DNA of 46,219 nucleotides from a virus (taxonomy: Duplodnaviria > Caudoviricetes), in the IMG/VR virus record IMGVR_UViG_3300037350_000040, positions 1-46,219 of that record. One strand, given 5' to 3'. The translations under genes and the position numbers were made by a program. The notes beneath the pieces are model-generated. The model was not told where the DNA came from. It saw only the letters and a program-made list of their open reading frames with translations, and ran no database searches. The stretch's first letter is position 1; each line of letters opens with the position of its first letter. Positions 7,646 through 17,300 of the stretch are shown here, one piece after another.

Positions 7646-7999
7646 CTACCCCGCGCCTGCGACGGAACTCGTAGATCCACGATGGATCTCCTTGCCGGCG
7701 CGATGGGCGCGCAGGGTCAGGGCGTCGAACGCCTCGTTCCCGATACGCAGCCGCCACAAGGCTTCCTTCTCGGCGGCGTGGGAGTCCACGAACTGGTGGC
7801 ACCCGTAGCACAGGGCCAGGGCGTTCATCGGGTCGAACCTCGTGGCCCTGGTCCGACGGGTGAAGTAGTGGGCGCAGTGGAGCTTCGGACCCGAGTCGGG
7901 ACCCTTGTACGATCCGCACCGCTGGCACGTCCAGTTGTCGCGCTTGCGGATCGTGCGGGAGAACTCGATGTCCTCCTTCGTCCGCTTGATCCCGCTCAC
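7646..7999 (-). CDS. NinG/Rap-like HNH-fold endonuclease
   Basis: FSRTIRKRD...CQRCG...CAHY..RR..ATRFD..N..ALC..CH. Confidence 0.8.
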   Translation of the reverse strand: MSGIKRTKEDIEFSRTIRKRDNWTCQRCGSYKGPDSGPKLHCAHYFTRRTRATRFDPMNALALCYGCHQFVDSHAAEKEALWRLRIGNEAFDALTLRAHRAGKEIHRGSTSSVAGAG

Positions 8000-8217
8000 G
8001 CGAGCCTCATCTGCTGCGCGTCCTTCCACACCCCGTAGAGGTGCTGCTGCCCCCGCCCACGGAATGCGTCCATCGGCTCGAGCTTGCCTCCCTCCTTCGG
8101 CCGGCGCTCGCTCCACCCACAGGTGCAGCTGATCCGCCAGAACGAGGAGACGTTCTTCTTCGGCTTGACGACAGAGAGCGTGTGGCCCTTCGTCGCCTCC
8201 GGGAAGCTGATCATCAT
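7996..8217 (-). CDS. Small Zn-binding hypothetical protein
   Basis: GH...SCTCGW...QH; coupled. Confidence 0.6.
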   Translation of the reverse strand: MMISFPEATKGHTLSVVKPKKNVSSFWRISCTCGWSERRPKEGGKLEPMDAFRGRGQQHLYGVWKDAQQMRLA

Positions 8218-8804
8218 GCGTTCACCCCCGAGAGTGCTTTGGCCCACGGCTTGCAGAGTTCCTTCCACTCGGCGTCGGTCATGTCCTTGGGCGCCTTGGT
8301 CGCCACGGCACGGGCGAAGTCGAAGGCGATCTCGACCAGCGCCTCCCAGTCCACCCGCTCGGGCATCGAGCGGAGCCATACGGGGTTCGTAGCCTCTTCC
8401 CCGGCCTCCCGTACCAGAACCGCCTGCGAAGCCCACAGGCGCGCTGCCATGTACCGTGCGGGCTGCTTCTCGAGGCCGGTCGAGGCCATGATGGCGTCGG
8501 TCGCCGGTCCCCGCCACTCGGCCTCGATCTCGGAGACCTGATGCTGGCGCTCGGTGACCCCGAGGTGGCTGAACCCGTGGGCGTCGGAGTCCCGCATCTC
8601 TCGGTAGATCTCGAGGGTGCGCCGGATCGTCGGCTGCTTCGGTTCGTGCCGTGCCTGGATCAGCGAGTGATGGACGCAGGGTTCGCAGTCCGCCATCTCG
8701 GCGAGGTCGATCGCGTAGGTCATGCACCGCTCGGCGCTCGCCGGCCCGAAGGACGTGAGCATCCGGGTCACGCCGGCGACGATCATGTCCGCCCCCATCT
8801 TCAC
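8214..8804 (-). CDS. Hypothetical protein downstream of replication initiator (possible helicase loader/inhibitor)
   Basis: GATAGGGGAGG RBS; function inferred from position only. Confidence 0.6.
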   Translation of the reverse strand: MKMGADMIVAGVTRMLTSFGPASAERCMTYAIDLAEMADCEPCVHHSLIQARHEPKQPTIRRTLEIYREMRDSDAHGFSHLGVTERQHQVSEIEAEWRGPATDAIMASTGLEKQPARYMAARLWASQAVLVREAGEEATNPVWLRSMPERVDWEALVEIAFDFARAVATKAPKDMTDAEWKELCKPWAKALSGVNA

Positions 8805-9571
8805 GTCAGAACCTCCCCTATCTCGATGGCCCGTCGTTCTTCCTCGGCCATGTGTTCCCTCACGAGCTTCAGTGCCCGGTCCTCGACCGTCTCCCGCTGG
8901 ATCTCCTGCCGGAACACGGCGCCGGCCGCAGCATTCAGGCATCGGCGCATGTTCCCACTCAGACCGAGCGCCGTGATGTTGAGATCCCCCATCGCTATCG
9001 TCCAGCCTGGGATCGCCGCCAGAATGTCAGCACCGGAGTAGCCGGCGGCCTTGAGTTCTGCTCTGGCCTTGTTGATCTTGCCTCGTTCTCTCGGCGAGAT
9101 TCTGGTCTCGGCCGTGTACTTCTCCCCGGTCTGAACGAGATACAACGCTTCGAACAATTCGTCGCGCGACGAAGGCGCGCAAGACTTTAGTTCTGTAGAA
9201 CTTGAGTTGTAGGTACTGACTGTAGAACCTAGTTCCTTCAGTTCGGGTGGCAGTTGGGGTCCCGCGCTGTCGTCCCCCGTTTGGGGGACTGGCAGATTGT
9301 CACCCCCCTCGACTGGCATCACGCAGTACATATTCGTGGCGAATCTGGGGTGGCTCCCGAGCGGGGTCAGTTCACCGAGCGCGACCAGTTGGCGGATCCA
9401 TCGCTGGACGGTTCGAACGTGGACCCGGGCGTCCTTGGCTATCCGCTCGACGCTAGCGAAGCACACGTCCTCGTCGCCCCCCGCTCGGTTCGCCATCACG
9501 AGCAGGATCAAGCGCGCGGTCCCCTCGGCCTCTGACTCGTCCATCACACGGGCCATGGCTTGGATGCTCAT
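8801..9571 (-). CDS. Phage replication initiator with N-terminal winged HTH (HTH_36-like)
   Basis: MSIQAM..V.....GTARLILLVMANRA....CFASVERIAKDARV..RTVQRWI..L...G.L, followed by a low-complexity linker. Confidence 0.8.
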   Translation of the reverse strand: MSIQAMARVMDESEAEGTARLILLVMANRAGGDEDVCFASVERIAKDARVHVRTVQRWIRQLVALGELTPLGSHPRFATNMYCVMPVEGGDNLPVPQTGDDSAGPQLPPELKELGSTVSTYNSSSTELKSCAPSSRDELFEALYLVQTGEKYTAETRISPRERGKINKARAELKAAGYSGADILAAIPGWTIAMGDLNITALGLSGNMRRCLNAAAGAVFRQEIQRETVEDRALKLVREHMAEEERRAIEIGEVLT

Positions 9572-9654
9572 TCTGTTCCCCTTCCCGGGCGCAGACGCTG
9601 CCCCGGTGGGGTAGAATGGACGCCTGCGTACTCGTCATCGCAGAGGATACACCC

Positions 9655-9690
9655 GAAGAGGGACCCGACCGTGTAGGTCGGGTCCCTTCT
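9655..9690 (-). terminator. Stem-loop downstream of 9696-10097
   Basis: gaagagggacccgacc-gtgta-ggtcgggtcccttctt. Confidence 0.6.
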
Positions 9691-9695
9691 TCGTG

Positions 9696-10097
9696 TCAGC
9701 CCTGATCCGGGCCGGTGCGGCCGAAGGCGGCCTCTTCGCGGGACAGGTTCGCGAGGGTCTGGATCGCCGAGAGAACGCCGCGCTTGGACCGGACGATCTC
9801 TAGCTGGGCGTCCTTCACCTTCTTCGCCAGATCGGCAGCGAACTCGAGATCCCCTATCGTCACAGCCTCCCCGGTCGCCCGGTCCGGGGCCATCGACTCG
9901 TAGGCCACAGCCTCTCGCATCGCCTGGTTCGGCGCGGTCTTGCCGACGGCGATGAGGGCTGAGGTGTGGTGCTTCTCGTACCAGTGGGTCGCCTCGGAGG
10001 AGTCGATCGAGGCCTTCATCAGGTTGTCGCACGCGGCCTCGAGTGAATCGACCGCAGCTATCAACCTCACGTTGAGGTCGTAGAGGCTACTCGTCAT
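9696..10097 (-). CDS. Hypothetical coiled-coil protein
   Basis: GATAGGGAG RBS; helical composition. Confidence 0.7.
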   Translation of the reverse strand: MTSSLYDLNVRLIAAVDSLEAACDNLMKASIDSSEATHWYEKHHTSALIAVGKTAPNQAMREAVAYESMAPDRATGEAVTIGDLEFAADLAKKVKDAQLEIVRSKRGVLSAIQTLANLSREEAAFGRTGPDQG

Positions 10098-10251
10098 CGT
10101 CCAGTCTCCCTATCTGGTCGTCAACGTGACGCTCAAGATCACGTTGATACTTGACTTCCCAGGACGTGATCAAGAGCGCGCCCACGAAGGTGCCGATGAT
10201 GAAGCCGAGGAGCAAGAAGAACAGGCAGATCCAGAACCACACTAGAGCCAC
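10087..10251 (-). CDS. Small membrane protein
   Basis: Own translation VALVWFWICLFFLLLGFIIGTFVGALLITSW...DDDE; fills the gap between neighbours. Confidence 0.55.
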   Translation of the reverse strand: MALVWFWICLFFLLLGFIIGTFVGALLITSWEVKYQRDLERHVDDQIGRLDDDE

Positions 10252-10442
10252 CCCCGTTCACGCCACGCCTTGTCGATCTTCTTGTTGTCACCTCGCCCCT
10301 CGTACCCGCCAGTTCCGTGCGAGAGGACGGCCACGAGCACGGGGCCATCGTAGACCTTGATGTGCTTCTTCCCGCGCACGATCCGGGCGCCGGCACGCCT
10401 GGCGGCGGTGATGTACTTGTCGTGCTTCTTAGTCGTCATCAT
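10242..10442 (-). CDS. HicA-like small RNase/toxin-fold protein
   Basis: 66 aa, basic; ARRAGARIVRGKKHIKVY...VAVLSHGT. Confidence 0.55.
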   Translation of the reverse strand: MMTTKKHDKYITAARRAGARIVRGKKHIKVYDGPVLVAVLSHGTGGYEGRGDNKKIDKAWRERGWL

Positions 10443-11194
10443 GCCCCCTTCTTCTGGAGCGCCAGCGCCGTGACGTGGGCGAGCGCCTCGGCCAGGTCAC
10501 CGGGATCCACGTTGCCTTCCTTCAGGTCGTTGTAGCGCACCGAGGAATCGGTGGTCTGGATGAACATCGGCAGCGGCTTGATCTTCAGGTCGGCGCAGAT
10601 GTCGAAGAAGTTCCTCGTCATCTCGAGGATGTCCGGGGAGGGGGCCTGCTCGCCACCCTCTTCCCCAAGAGGCGGCGCCCCCAGTGGGTCCCCCTCCCCG
10701 GACGCTGTGTCGACGGGGGCAGCGGGCGTTGCACCCGCGACACCACCCAGGTCGGACTCGTTGGGTCCTACCCCCGCCGACGATTCGAGTTCCTCGCGGC
10801 TCCACAACGACAGAGCCACGCCGAAGCGCATCGCGCCGTTGCGGATCGCATCGGAGATCACCTGCTTGGGGTCCGGCCCATCACCGTATCCCGGCCGGGT
10901 GACACCGAGGATCGTCAGCCAGATCCACAGCCCTCCCTGCGCGTCGTACTGTGGCAGGCCGTGCTCGGTGAACCCCATCGGGCGCCACGTCCAGTACGGG
11001 TCCACCTCGAGGAGGCGATCGGTGACGGCGGCGTGGCCGACGTAGTCCAGATGCATCGCCGGCAGCCCGTGGTAGCCACCGCACTCCCGGCAATCCCCCT
11101 TGGGCGAGTCCTTCTTGTACGGCTTGGGCAGCTTCCCGATCGCGGTCTTCGGGAAGTCCTTGCGGAGCGCCTTGAACTCTCCTACTTCAGGCAT
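10439..11194 (-). CDS. Rad52/Sak-like single-strand annealing recombinase
   Basis: LDYVGHAAVTDRLLEVDP.W.W, LTILGVTR.GYG, K..ISDAIRNGAMRFGVALSLW. Confidence 0.8.
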   Translation of the reverse strand: MPEVGEFKALRKDFPKTAIGKLPKPYKKDSPKGDCRECGGYHGLPAMHLDYVGHAAVTDRLLEVDPYWTWRPMGFTEHGLPQYDAQGGLWIWLTILGVTRPGYGDGPDPKQVISDAIRNGAMRFGVALSLWSREELESSAGVGPNESDLGGVAGATPAAPVDTASGEGDPLGAPPLGEEGGEQAPSPDILEMTRNFFDICADLKIKPLPMFIQTTDSSVRYNDLKEGNVDPGDLAEALAHVTALALQKKGA

Positions 11195-11540
11195 TGAACT
11201 CTGCCTCCCTATCGTCGTGGTCATCTGAGTGGTCGAGGTCGTACTCGGACGGGGCGATCTTCGGCGAGCAGAAGGAGCACACGACCTCGCCGTCCTTCGC
11301 TGCCTGGATGCACTCGGGGTGCAGGCCCACCGCCTTGAGGTTGAGCTTGGCCGCCTCGCGCGCGTACATGTGCGCGCGGGAGTGCTCCTTCAACTCCTGG
11401 GCCTGACCCGGCTTGAACTTCTGGTTCGGGTCTACCGTGCAGTGGCCCGAGTGGGTCCACGCGATCCCCGACGGCCAGGGCCGGCGGAACGGAACGCAGC
11501 AGCCCTCGGGCAGGTGCGGGTTGCGAATGCGGTTGGTCAT
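11187..11540 (-). CDS. Cys/His-rich hypothetical protein
   Basis: Coupled ORF, CC/H..HC/CSFC. Confidence 0.6.
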   Translation of the reverse strand: MTNRIRNPHLPEGCCVPFRRPWPSGIAWTHSGHCTVDPNQKFKPGQAQELKEHSRAHMYAREAAKLNLKAVGLHPECIQAAKDGEVVCSFCSPKIAPSEYDLDHSDDHDDREAEFNA

Positions 11541-11761
11541 GCGTTCACCTCCGGTACCTCGTACATCGCGGCGCCGCACAGGCGGCAGACCCAGGCCCAG
11601 ACCACGGGGTCGGACTTGGTCCCGTGCGCCTCGAGCACCGGCTTGCGGATCGCGGAGTGCTTGCACGGGGGCGGCGGTGTGGACTCGAACTCGTTCGCGT
11701 CGTGCGGCGTCGAGTCCCAGAAGTCGTCCCACTCGCCGGCGTCCCAGGCTGGCTCGTACAT
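11537..11761 (-). CDS. Hypothetical protein with CxxC, first gene of the middle operon
   Basis: Tandem GATAGGG motifs upstream; CKH...CRLCG. Confidence 0.6.
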   Translation of the reverse strand: MYEPAWDAGEWDDFWDSTPHDANEFESTPPPPCKHSAIRKPVLEAHGTKSDPVVWAWVCRLCGAAMYEVPEVNA

Positions 11762-11828
11762 GGTGCCTCCCTTCCCTATCGTTCCCCTATCGGGATTCAA
11801 TCTAGCACCGGGGGGTGACATAGAACAA

Positions 11829-11857
11829 GACCCCCCCGCCCGAAGGCGGAGGGGTCC
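11829..11857 (-). terminator. Terminator-like hairpin after the lysis cassette
   Basis: gacccccccgcc-cgaa-ggcggaggggtc followed by TTGTTCT on the minus strand. Confidence 0.65.
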
Positions 11858-11876
11858 GTCTCTCCCGGGGGGAGAT

Positions 11877-12101
11877 CTACTCCGAGGGGCCTACCTTACC
11901 GAATCTCGTGTCCGCCGGGTTGACGGCGGCGATCAGGATCGGGACTGCGACCACGAGGCCGGCAGCGATCCACGTCGTGACCTCATCGAGGCCGACCGAG
12001 ATGGTCTTGTCCGCGCTGAGATCCAGCACGAGGTAACCCAATACCACGCCGACCAGGACGCGGAGCGCCGAGCCGATCGGGGTCGTCAAGAACTTACCCA
12101 T
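11877..12101 (-). CDS. Holin
   Basis: Two TM helices, C-terminal NPADTRFG; adjacent to endolysin. Confidence 0.7.
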   Translation of the reverse strand: MGKFLTTPIGSALRVLVGVVLGYLVLDLSADKTISVGLDEVTTWIAAGLVVAVPILIAAVNPADTRFGKVGPSE

Positions 12102-12600
12102 CGTCTTGCTCCTCTCTCTCCATCTGTTGTCGTGTCCACTCGACCACGTCTGCCACCTCTCCGAGGTGCAGGTCGAGGGTCTGCTGCACCTCGCCGACCT
12201 GTGCGCGGGTGCCAAGGTGTTCGGTGTGGAGGCGCATCAGCTGCGCGTTCTCCTCCACGTGCTCGGCATGGATCTGCTCCAGCCGTTCGTTCGTCGCGAT
12301 GGTCCGGGCCTCGAACTCGCCGTGCACGGTCTGCCCCTCCATGAGCTTCACCTCGATCGTGTCGAGGCGCTGCTCATGCCGCCATGCCATGTCCTCGAGC
12401 CTCGTGAGGGACTGGCCGGCGGTGTGGCTGTTGCCGGTGTCGAGCGACTCGAGGATGTCGGCAGCCACGTTCTTGGCGGTGGTGCGGTTCAGCTGTGCGA
12501 GGACGGCGACCACGAGCACACCGATGAACGAGAGCGCCCCCGTCACGACGGCTGCCCAGAGCAGGTCGTGGTCTTGTTGAGCTACCGTCTCCGCGAGCAT
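12094..12600 (-). CDS. Membrane-anchored coiled-coil lysis-cassette protein
   Basis: N-terminal TM followed by heptad-rich region; lies between endolysin and holin. Confidence 0.65.
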   Translation of the reverse strand: MLAETVAQQDHDLLWAAVVTGALSFIGVLVVAVLAQLNRTTAKNVAADILESLDTGNSHTAGQSLTRLEDMAWRHEQRLDTIEVKLMEGQTVHGEFEARTIATNERLEQIHAEHVEENAQLMRLHTEHLGTRAQVGEVQQTLDLHLGEVADVVEWTRQQMEREEQDDG

Positions 12601-12609
12601 GGGGGGCGG

Positions 12610-13224
12610 TCAGCCGCTCGTCTTAGGGTTGGTCAGCGCCTTGGTGCCGGCTTTGTAGCCACGCTTGCGTGCCGGCTTGGCGCCCTGTGGGGGCTGGGGC
12701 TTGCCGGCGATCGCTTCGTCATAGCCGGACTGCCACGCCTCCACATCCTTGAGTCGCTCTCGCTCTTCGGGGGTCATCTCGTCCTCCTGCTCGGGGACCC
12801 AGCCGCCGTAGTACGTGTAGTGCCAGTTCTCGGTCGGCACATCGTTCACGTACCCGAACCGCTGGGAGTTGTTCCGCAGCCACCCCAGCGCACGATCGGT
12901 CAGCCCGGTGAAGTCGACCGCGACCGCCCACCCGTGGTTCGAGGTTCCGGGGTAGGCGGCGAGGTTGCCGCCGGACTGGAAGTCCGCCCACTTCTCCCAC
13001 TGCTTGGCGATCGTGCGGTAGGTGTACTTCGTGTGAAGCTCGGTGATGCCGGTGTGGTGCGCGGCCTCGAGGAGCGCCGACATCGCTGCCGCCGCCTCTG
13101 GGTGCATGATCCCAGGTCCCTCGAGGTCGGGGTCGTACTGGCCCGGGATGATCGCCTCGAGCTTGTAGCGAGGGACCTTGCCGTTCTCTACCTCGGCACG
13201 CCACGCGTCTCGGTCGTAGGCCAT
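12610..13224 (-). CDS. Endolysin, M15 (D-Ala-D-Ala carboxypeptidase-like) Zn peptidase
   Basis: YRT...Q, AAYPGTSNHGWAVAVD (SxHxxGxAxD-like), ENWHY. Confidence 0.85.
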   Translation of the reverse strand: MAYDRDAWRAEVENGKVPRYKLEAIIPGQYDPDLEGPGIMHPEAAAAMSALLEAAHHTGITELHTKYTYRTIAKQWEKWADFQSGGNLAAYPGTSNHGWAVAVDFTGLTDRALGWLRNNSQRFGYVNDVPTENWHYTYYGGWVPEQEDEMTPEERERLKDVEAWQSGYDEAIAGKPQPPQGAKPARKRGYKAGTKALTNPKTSG

Positions 13225-13225
13225 C

Positions 13226-13840
13226 TCAGACTCCGTACTGCCAGTGCCAGGGTTCACCCGGCACGTCGTTCGTCCACCCGTGCTGGAGTAGCCAGGACCG
13301 TAGATCCGGGTGGGCCGAGAGGAAGGACGAGGCGATGTCGACGGCGTGCCCCGTCTCGTGGTTCGAGGTCCCCGGCTTGGCGGCCATGTTCCCCGTCCCG
13401 TTCTGGTACGCCTGCCACAGCCGTTGCTGCTGCTCGCGGGTGCGGTAGCTCGAGACGACGTTCCCGAAGATCGGGAGGCCGAGTTGCTGCCGTGCCTGTG
13501 CCAGGGATCGCATCGCTGGTGCCACCATGGTCACGCCGTTGATGGTCTTGAGGGGGCCGTTCGCCCCGGTGACGGGGGTCCCGGTTCCGCCGGCCTGGGC
13601 GGTGATCCCCTGGATCTGGGCCATGCGGGCCATCGGGTCGGTCGTGGTCACGTCGGTGGGCGCGGCGGCGATCGCCGCCTGGTACGGAGCCAGCAGCGAG
13701 GAGACGCCCTGCTGGGCTGCCGGTGCGGGAGACGGCGGCGTCATCGACTGGAACTGGCGCATCTGCTGTAGCCGAGCATCAAGGTCTGCTAGAGGGTCAG
13801 GGACCTGGGGGGCTAGCAGCTGCTCGAGGCCGAACGCCAT
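13226..13840 (-). CDS. Second M15 peptidase with long Q/P/A-rich N-terminus (probably virion-associated)
   Basis: SSYRTREQQ, AAKPGTSNHETGHAVD, EPWHWQY. Confidence 0.85.
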   Translation of the reverse strand: MAFGLEQLLAPQVPDPLADLDARLQQMRQFQSMTPPSPAPAAQQGVSSLLAPYQAAIAAAPTDVTTTDPMARMAQIQGITAQAGGTGTPVTGANGPLKTINGVTMVAPAMRSLAQARQQLGLPIFGNVVSSYRTREQQQRLWQAYQNGTGNMAAKPGTSNHETGHAVDIASSFLSAHPDLRSWLLQHGWTNDVPGEPWHWQYGV

Positions 13841-13841
13841 C

Positions 13842-14306
13842 TCAGTACCACCCCTGCTGGTTCCGGACGGAGAGGGCATCGCTCGGGGTGCCGTACCGCC
13901 CCTTGATGTAGTTCAGGAACCAGCGGATCTGAGCTTGAGGGTTAGACATGAACTGCTGAACGTTGATGTCAGGGTGAGCCGACGGCAGCATCTGCGGGAT
14001 GCCGGCCGCGCCGCTCGAGGAGTTCACCGCGTTCGGGTTCCACCCGGACTCGGCGGTCGCGATCTGGTCGAGCGCGTTCCAGTCCTGGCCCGTCCAGCCG
14101 TAGCGCCGCGCCGCCATCTGCTTGGCGACCTGCTCCCAATGGGAGGGAGAACCCCCAGCGGCACCGGTTGGTCCCGCACCCGGGCCGCTGGGGGGCTGGA
14201 TCGCCCCGATCTGGGCCTGGAAGAGCGGGCCGAAGATCGGGTCGAGTTGCATCGAGTATGAGGTAGGGGCGGAGGATCCGCCCATGAGGAGGTTGTCGAG
14301 GCTCAT
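13842..14306 (-). CDS. Lytic transglycosylase (SLT-like), probably virion-associated
   Basis: AESGWNPNAVNSSSGAAGIPQ, NPQAQIRW..NYIKGRYGTP, GWY. Confidence 0.88.
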   Translation of the reverse strand: MSLDNLLMGGSSAPTSYSMQLDPIFGPLFQAQIGAIQPPSGPGAGPTGAAGGSPSHWEQVAKQMAARRYGWTGQDWNALDQIATAESGWNPNAVNSSSGAAGIPQMLPSAHPDINVQQFMSNPQAQIRWFLNYIKGRYGTPSDALSVRNQQGWY

Positions 14307-17300
14307 GATGCCATCTCCTGTGCCGCCATCCGCTTGAGCGCCTCGGTCAGCGCCGCCTTCTGATCCTCGGTGAGCATCTCTTGGTAGGCGCCCACGTCGT
14401 AGGGCTGGGTGTTGAATCCGGAGAGCTTCTGCAGCTGCTCGATCACGCTCTGCGGGTACTTCGGCTCTCCAGTATCAGGGTCGAGGATGACGCCCTTGCC
14501 CTGGAGCGCGTCGAGGAGCGTCGCCGTGTCGTAGGTGGTCCCGCCGGCGACCGCCTTCTTCAGCATGTCGTACTGCGGCACCTGAGAGAGGAGGTGCTCG
14601 AGGATCCCCGGACGAGGCGCAGCGACGGGTTGCAGGGTCTGCAGGTTGTACGCCTGGTCCGATCCGAACGGGGTGTAGGTGTTCGCGTCGGTGAACCCCT
14701 CTCCGGTGAACATGTCCTTGCCGGTCGACTGCTCGAGGAACATCTTGATGGCTGGCGAGAGCATCTGCGTCGGATCCTCGAACATTCCTGTGAACGGGTT
14801 CGCGCCGGCGGTGCGAAGGAACGACACCTCGCCGCCGGGGGGCGACAGGGGGATCGCGCTCTCGAGCCAGGAGGGGAGCGGCCCGTACTCCTTGATCATC
14901 TCCTGGGTGGCGAGCGTCAGCCCGCGCAGCACCTGAGCACGGAGCGGGTACTGGACCGGGAAGGTCATCATCAGCTTCACGGTGTGCTTGTAGAAGCCCC
15001 AGAAGGGCACGAGCCAGCGCCGGATCACGTGACGCTCGAACGGGCCGAGTGCCGTGTAGTTGCCGAAGAAGTGGTCGACCTCCTCGACGGCGGCCCGGGC
15101 GGCGGCTTCGTCGTAGCCGTTCTTCATGATGTCGTTGATCCGACGGTCGGACTTCCAGAACGTACGCCCCGTGCGCTGGATCGCGTTCCGGCCCTGCTGC
15201 TTCTCGACGGCGGTGAGGAAGGACGCCTCTCGGAACGATGCCTCGATCTCGCCGTTCAGGGAACGGACCGCGTCGGAGAACCGGCGTGGCAGCGTGAGGG
15301 CGGTGTTCGCCTTCGTCCCTGGGGTGCGGGTCCCCTGGACGAACCGACCGATCTTCGTCTCGGCTGCATCCTTGCCGAGGTTCGGACGGTACTGCTCGAG
15401 GTTGTTCTTGCCGAAGAACCCGGAGCCGGTCAGCCCTTCGTAAGGGAGCGTCTCGACGCGCGCGGCGAGGGACTTCTCCCTCAGTTCGGGTGGCCCGAAG
15501 GCGTCGGCCACGCCGGCGAGCCACGGCTTGTCCTGCGCCCACTTGGCGAACAGCGCGCGTAGGCGCTCGCCGAGGATCCGCGCGACGTCGGCCACCTTCA
15601 CGCCCTGCATCGCACCCATCACCGTGTTGCCGAGGATGTTGTTCACGACCCAGCGCGGCGAGCCGGTCAACACGAGCGAGCGCCAGGTGTTCATGAACGG
15701 GTCGTAGGCGGCCCGGACGTACTTGCCCCCGCCCGCCCGCGCCCACTTCGCCGCCGCCCCCATCTCTTCATCCAGCGCCTTGGGGATCGCGTAGACCTGG
15801 GGCTTGCCCTCCCCGAGCAGCGTGTCGAGATCGTCCAGCGTGCGCTGGCCCACGTCATCGAGCGCCTGGGCGAACGCGGCGTCGGGGTCCATGCCGTTCA
15901 GGCGGTAGTCCTCGAGCTTCTCGATGAACTGCATGTGGATCCGGTGCTTGAGGAACAGCGCATCGGGGGAGACCGCCACCCAGCCGTCGGGGATCTGTTC
16001 GGCGTCGGTGACCACCCGACCCATCCGCTTGATCCGGGTCGACCACGAGTTGTAGGTGTTCACCTCGCGGGCACGCCGAGCGGCGCGGCGGGTGAACGCC
16101 TCCATCGGGTCGGTGATGTAGTTGCCCTCCTTCATCAGCGTGCCGAAGAAGCGGGCCTCGTGTGGATCTCGCGCGAGGATGTTCGCGCCGGCCGCGCGCT
16201 TGACAGGGAAGAAGTCCGATCCTCCCTTCGCACCCTCGTTGCGGATGTGGGGGAAGTAGGAGGGCTGAACCAAGTCGTTGCCGTAGAAGGCGTCATCCAA
16301 CAGAAGCGCATCGGGCGGGTCGGGTTCGATCCCTCGGAGCGTGCGGGGCGGGGCCTCCTCGGTCAGGACCGCTGCTGCCTGGGGGGTCGGGGGCACCGCC
16401 TCGGCCACGGCTCCCGCCGCCTCGGCAGGGGCCGCTCGCTCGATCGGCACGCCGGCGTCCGCAAGGATCTCGCGCTGGAGGGCGGACGGTGCGCTCCCGT
16501 CCCAGAGTTCCTCTCCCTTCGTCCAGCGCCCCTCGGCCTTGGCCTTCTTCAGGATCGCTGTGTGTGCGCGGTCCTTGGCGGCGGCCATGAATGTGTCGCT
16601 CCTGGGGGTCCCATACGCCTTGATCTTGGCGTCGATGATCTCCTGACGCGCGGCCTGAACCTCGGGGTGGTCGTCGGGGATGAGCGCCTTCACGTCGGCA
16701 GAGGACTGGAACCGCTCCGCCATGGCAGCCTCGTCCGAGAGGGGGGCGGCGGCGGCAGGGGCCTCGGGGATGGTGGCCGCCGGACTGGGCGGGACGTCGG
16801 GACGGGGGGCCTCGGCGAGGAGGGCACGCTCCCCGCTTGTCAGGTACTTCTGCTGGATCGGCCCATACAGGCGGTTGAGGTAGGACATCGGGGTCGCCTC
16901 GAGGTTCTCGAGCATCGGCAGCCGGTTCTCGATGTCGATCACCCGGGCGTGGTCCGACAGCTTCGTGGCCGGGTTGTCGTAGCCGGCGGCGCGGCGCTCG
17001 AGCGAACGGTTCAGCGACCGGATGATGCGGTCGATCGCTCCCTGCTCACGGGTCACGTCCCAGCCCCACTCGGCCATCTGGGGGTCATCGAAGCGCGCAC
17101 GCACGTCACGGAGGCGCTCAACGGCCGCATCGACCCGCTGGAGGAGGGGATCCTCGGTCAGGACCGAGCGGACCTCGGGGGCCAGTTCGGTGTTGACCGC
17201 CATGTCGGGAGCGTCGGCCAGGGAGATCGCCTTGCCCTGGTCCCCGCCTACGCCATAGCGTGCCTCGGCCCACGGCTCGGCTCGCATCCCGTCCACGTTC

